From Chamaesiphon sp. (GTDB taxonomy: Bacteria; Cyanobacteriota; Cyanobacteriia; Cyanobacteriales; Chamaesiphonaceae), in contig CBDFFH010000022.1 of the NCBI GenBank assembly GCA_965246715.1, positions 64,001 through 128,000 of the forward strand: a stretch of 64,000 bases of DNA, written 5' to 3'. Positions 61,019-64,000 of the stretch are shown here, piece after piece. A program made the translations under genes and the position numbers. Below the pieces are notes generated by a model. That model had not been told where the DNA came from. It did no database searches and saw only the letters and a program-made list of their open reading frames with translations. How positions within the stretch are numbered: position 1 is the first letter of the stretch; every line of letters begins with the position of its first letter.

Positions 61019-63349
61019 CTAAATCAATTGATGTTTTTGACGATCGATTGCATATTTTTGATTAGATTCTTGATAGTATTGGTAGTGCTCTTGATATCCA
61101 GAATGCTCGGTTTCTACGCGATTGATTACCAATCCTAAGACTGGAGTTTGAATCGATGAAATAATATCGATTGCTCGATCGATCGTCTGGCGTTGTGCGA
61201 CATTCAGACTAACGATATAAACCAACCCATCTACCAAAGTGGCAATCAAGCGAGTATCGCTAACTCCGACGATCGGTGGCGTGTCGAAGATCACATAGTC
61301 ATAATCGTTGCGCCAGCGATCGATCTGTCGTTTGAATTGTTGAGAATTAATTAACGAAATGGAGTTCACCAGCATCGGGCCAGAAAACAACACATCTAAA
61401 TTAAATTTAGAACTCTTCTTGATAAGATCTTTATAGTCAAATCCATTGACGATAGCATTAGTCAATCCCATCTCATCCGCACAATCTACAGATTTAAATA
61501 ACTCTGAGTTATGGCACAATTTTGGAATCGTGGATTTATGTAGATCTAGATCGACTAATAAGACGCGATAGCCGAGTTCGGCTAAGGTGATACTAGTATG
61601 AAAACTAATCGTTGATTTACCTTCCTTCGGTACTGCCGAAGTCATTGCCAATACTTTGCCACATCGATCTTCAGTATCACTAACTAGTCCGATATCGAGT
61701 ACTAGCATCCGCAACGATTCGAGGAAGCTCCAGTAAGAGTAGTTCTTAGTGTTGCTCGTTGTCGCTGGGAGGACATCATTGCCCCCACGTAATGCGAGCT
61801 GCTCTAGATCGGCCATTTTGGGTACCAGAGTTAAGATCGGCATCCCGGTCATTGCTTTGAGAGTATCTGGATTGTCGATCCGATTATTTTGACTATTTCT
61901 GAGTTTATTTAATCCAACTGCCGCACCGATCCCCAGTACCAAACTACCTAAAGCACCCAATAATAATTGTTGGCTGACATTTGGGAAAATTGGGATGTGA
62001 GGTAATTCTGGCGGGTCGAGTAAAGTCCACGGTACGACTTGCTCGGCATCCGCAATTTTTAACTCTTGCAACTTTTGAAGAAAGGCATTCAACTCTTGAG
62101 AGGACATCGTATATTGCCGTTGCAATTCGGTATATTGTTGTTGCAGGCTGGGCAATTGGGCGATTTGGGTTTCGATTTCCTGATAAACCTTTTCCAAACC
62201 CTGATATTGAGCGGTTTGAGCAGTTAAAAGCGTTTCGATATCTGCTTGCTTATTGGCGAGATTTTGGGCGAGACTGTTACCAAAATTAGCAATACCACCA
62301 TTGGTTAAATCGGTATTCGATACATCGCGTTTGAGAACTTGCTGCGCTCTATTTTTAAGAAGTGCTAGCACTTCATCGCGTTTTTCCCTAACACTTATCA
62401 AACTTGGACTATTGTCAGTCAGTCGGAGTTTTTCTTGACTGTATAGTAGTTCCAGTTCGTTAAGTTTTTTGAATAACTCTTGATAGGCGGTATCTTGAGT
62501 CAACATCGTCGTACTCAAAGTATTATTTGCAGTCAAGCCAACTTTAGTTAATTGTTTTTTGAGCTGCTCGTCTTGTTTGAGCGTCTCTTTATACTTGACT
62601 CTATTTTCGTTCAAAGATTTTAATACTTCTTGACGATATTCTGCTAGCCCTTTAGCGGAGCTTTCGGGATCGATAAACCGATAACTGCGCCGAAAACCTT
62701 CGAGCTGTTTAGAGGCAGTTTTGAGCCTTTGCCGCGATTTGGGGATCTGCGACTCGATAAAGCCGATCGAATTATCGGTTCTGGCTTTTTTAGTTTTAAT
62801 CCCGTAATCGATATAAATATTACTTAAGGCATTAAGATTGGCGACGATTCGTTGAGGATTGGTATCTGTATAAGTAATCGTTAAAGTATTGGTAGTTTGT
62901 CCGGTTTGAATCGTAAGATTTTGTACGACCGTATCTACCGAGGAACGCAAATTGGGATCGGGGATCGTATCGATCGCTTTTTGAACGATCGTTTTACTCT
63001 TCAATTTTTGGACGATCGTATCCAGTGTCGTACTGCGATCGTCGCCTATCCCAGCGCCAGTTCCACCTGCTACAACGCTGATTTTTTCAGCGATCGATGT
63101 CGAATTTTTCAACTCGATCGCAATCTGGACTGAAGACTTATAGATCTTAGGTTCTTTAAATGTTTTATAAGCGATTCCTGCCATCAATAGCGAGCTGACG
63201 ATCGCCGTTACATACCAATACTTGCGTAAGCTAGTCAGAACCATCCCCAGGCTCATTTCCCGCTCTGGTGATAAGCGGATATTACTGGAGGGAGTGATGA
63301 TTTCAGAAGTTGAAGATCGACTGATTCGATCGTGGGATGATTCAAACAT
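61019..63349 (-). CDS. wzc: Wzc/GumC-type polysaccharide co-polymerase with BY-kinase domain
   Basis: Walker A SAVPKEGKST, DLDLHK, IFDTPP, C-terminal Tyr cluster YQEHYQYYQESNQKY. Confidence 0.9.
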   Translation of the reverse strand: MFESSHDRISRSSTSEIITPSSNIRLSPEREMSLGMVLTSLRKYWYVTAIVSSLLMAGIAYKTFKEPKIYKSSVQIAIELKNSTSIAEKISVVAGGTGAGIGDDRSTTLDTIVQKLKSKTIVQKAIDTIPDPNLRSSVDTVVQNLTIQTGQTTNTLTITYTDTNPQRIVANLNALSNIYIDYGIKTKKARTDNSIGFIESQIPKSRQRLKTASKQLEGFRRSYRFIDPESSAKGLAEYRQEVLKSLNENRVKYKETLKQDEQLKKQLTKVGLTANNTLSTTMLTQDTAYQELFKKLNELELLYSQEKLRLTDNSPSLISVREKRDEVLALLKNRAQQVLKRDVSNTDLTNGGIANFGNSLAQNLANKQADIETLLTAQTAQYQGLEKVYQEIETQIAQLPSLQQQYTELQRQYTMSSQELNAFLQKLQELKIADAEQVVPWTLLDPPELPHIPIFPNVSQQLLLGALGSLVLGIGAAVGLNKLRNSQNNRIDNPDTLKAMTGMPILTLVPKMADLEQLALRGGNDVLPATTSNTKNYSYWSFLESLRMLVLDIGLVSDTEDRCGKVLAMTSAVPKEGKSTISFHTSITLAELGYRVLLVDLDLHKSTIPKLCHNSELFKSVDCADEMGLTNAIVNGFDYKDLIKKSSKFNLDVLFSGPMLVNSISLINSQQFKRQIDRWRNDYDYVIFDTPPIVGVSDTRLIATLVDGLVYIVSLNVAQRQTIDRAIDIISSIQTPVLGLVINRVETEHSGYQEHYQYYQESNQKYAIDRQKHQLI

Positions 63350-64000
63350 ATTGTGCCGATCTACAGGTGAACTGTATATTCCTGACTAGATACAATGTCA
63401 CTTAGGGGTGACTGTTAAAAATTTAACATGCGTTTTTTGGGAATACACAGAGGGCTGACGATATTTAGGCTAATTGACTCAGCGAGTCTCATGCATAAGT
63501 AGTAGTCGATGTGACAGTAATGGGATTTCTTCATCCACATTGGGCTAAAACTGGGCTGGCAAAGGTAATTTCCGATCCTCTTGGTGCTGGCAGATTTTTA
63601 TTTGCTTGTACACAATAACCCTGCCTACCGGTTAATTGTGTCGGGATGCCCCTGATGGCAGTGGTGTCAACTTGAGGCTCGAACACACTTGTCAAGCAGA
63701 TTCTGAGAGCGACCGATCGACTGTCGAATAACATCTCCAGCGTTTTAATGCAAGCGTACTTGTCGATAGTGATGCTAGCAATTTATGCTGTTCTACTGTC
63801 AATTCTGTAGTGTAGGATTGAGTCATGACTTCCTAGATAGCTGTTTAGATCTAAGAATTTTATCCAGATTAACAAGTCTAGGGCGCTTTTTTACTAGTGC
63901 TTATTTATATTTTCTAAATATTTTCCGAACACAAGGCAGCGATCGAGCGGGAGCGATGGTAGTAGTCAAAGACTACCGACTTTATTAGTAATAACAAATA

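Noticed and set aside
923..63133. Numerous short ORFs antisense or out of frame within long genes
   Set aside because: Shadow ORFs of well-supported CDSs.
63350..64000. Riboswitch or ops/JUMPstart element in the long region upstream of wzc
   Set aside because: On the - strand ccggtaggcagggtta loosely recalls a c-di-GMP-I 3' end, but I could not find the GAAA tetraloop, GCAAA or a GGCGGTAG motif. An Rfam scan is needed.
1..64000. tRNA, rRNA, prophage or CRISPR-Cas
   Set aside because: No recognisable signatures by eye; tRNAscan, Rfam and CRISPR finders were not run.

Overview
A cyanobacterial chromosome segment. Dense CGATCG/GCGATCGC (HIP1-type) palindromes and genes such as ycf23, txlA and DUF4335 point to cyanobacteria; a Chamaesiphon-like host is my inference. 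Two exopolysaccharide clusters bracket the window: a + strand cluster at about 1-21 kb (ABC exporter, glf, many glycosyltransferases, FkbM methyltransferases, Wzy-like, Wzc) and a - strand cluster at about 45-63.4 kb (Wzc, acyltransferase, methyltransferases, Wzy-like, asnB, glycosyltransferases). Between them lie housekeeping and accessory genes (egtB, ROK kinase, a PEP-CTERM protein, txlA, a histidine kinase, Hpt, tyrS, PBP1A) and many small mobile repeats. The highlight is an intact 1263-bp IS110-family element (30056-31318) whose left non-coding end reads as a bridge RNA. It carries a target guide ATTGCCCCT...GTAG matching a REP-like palindrome present as empty sites elsewhere in this window, and a donor guide ACAGTATC...TACAAG matching the element's own joined ends (ACAGTAT-CT-TGTAT). 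A TTGACT-N17-TATCCT promoter forms only on circularisation. Also notable: nested MITE families with readable target-site duplications, a 25-bp micro-element frameshifting hicB at a HIP1-like site, one inverted gene inside the second EPS cluster, and several broken genes. No tRNA, rRNA or CRISPR array was seen.
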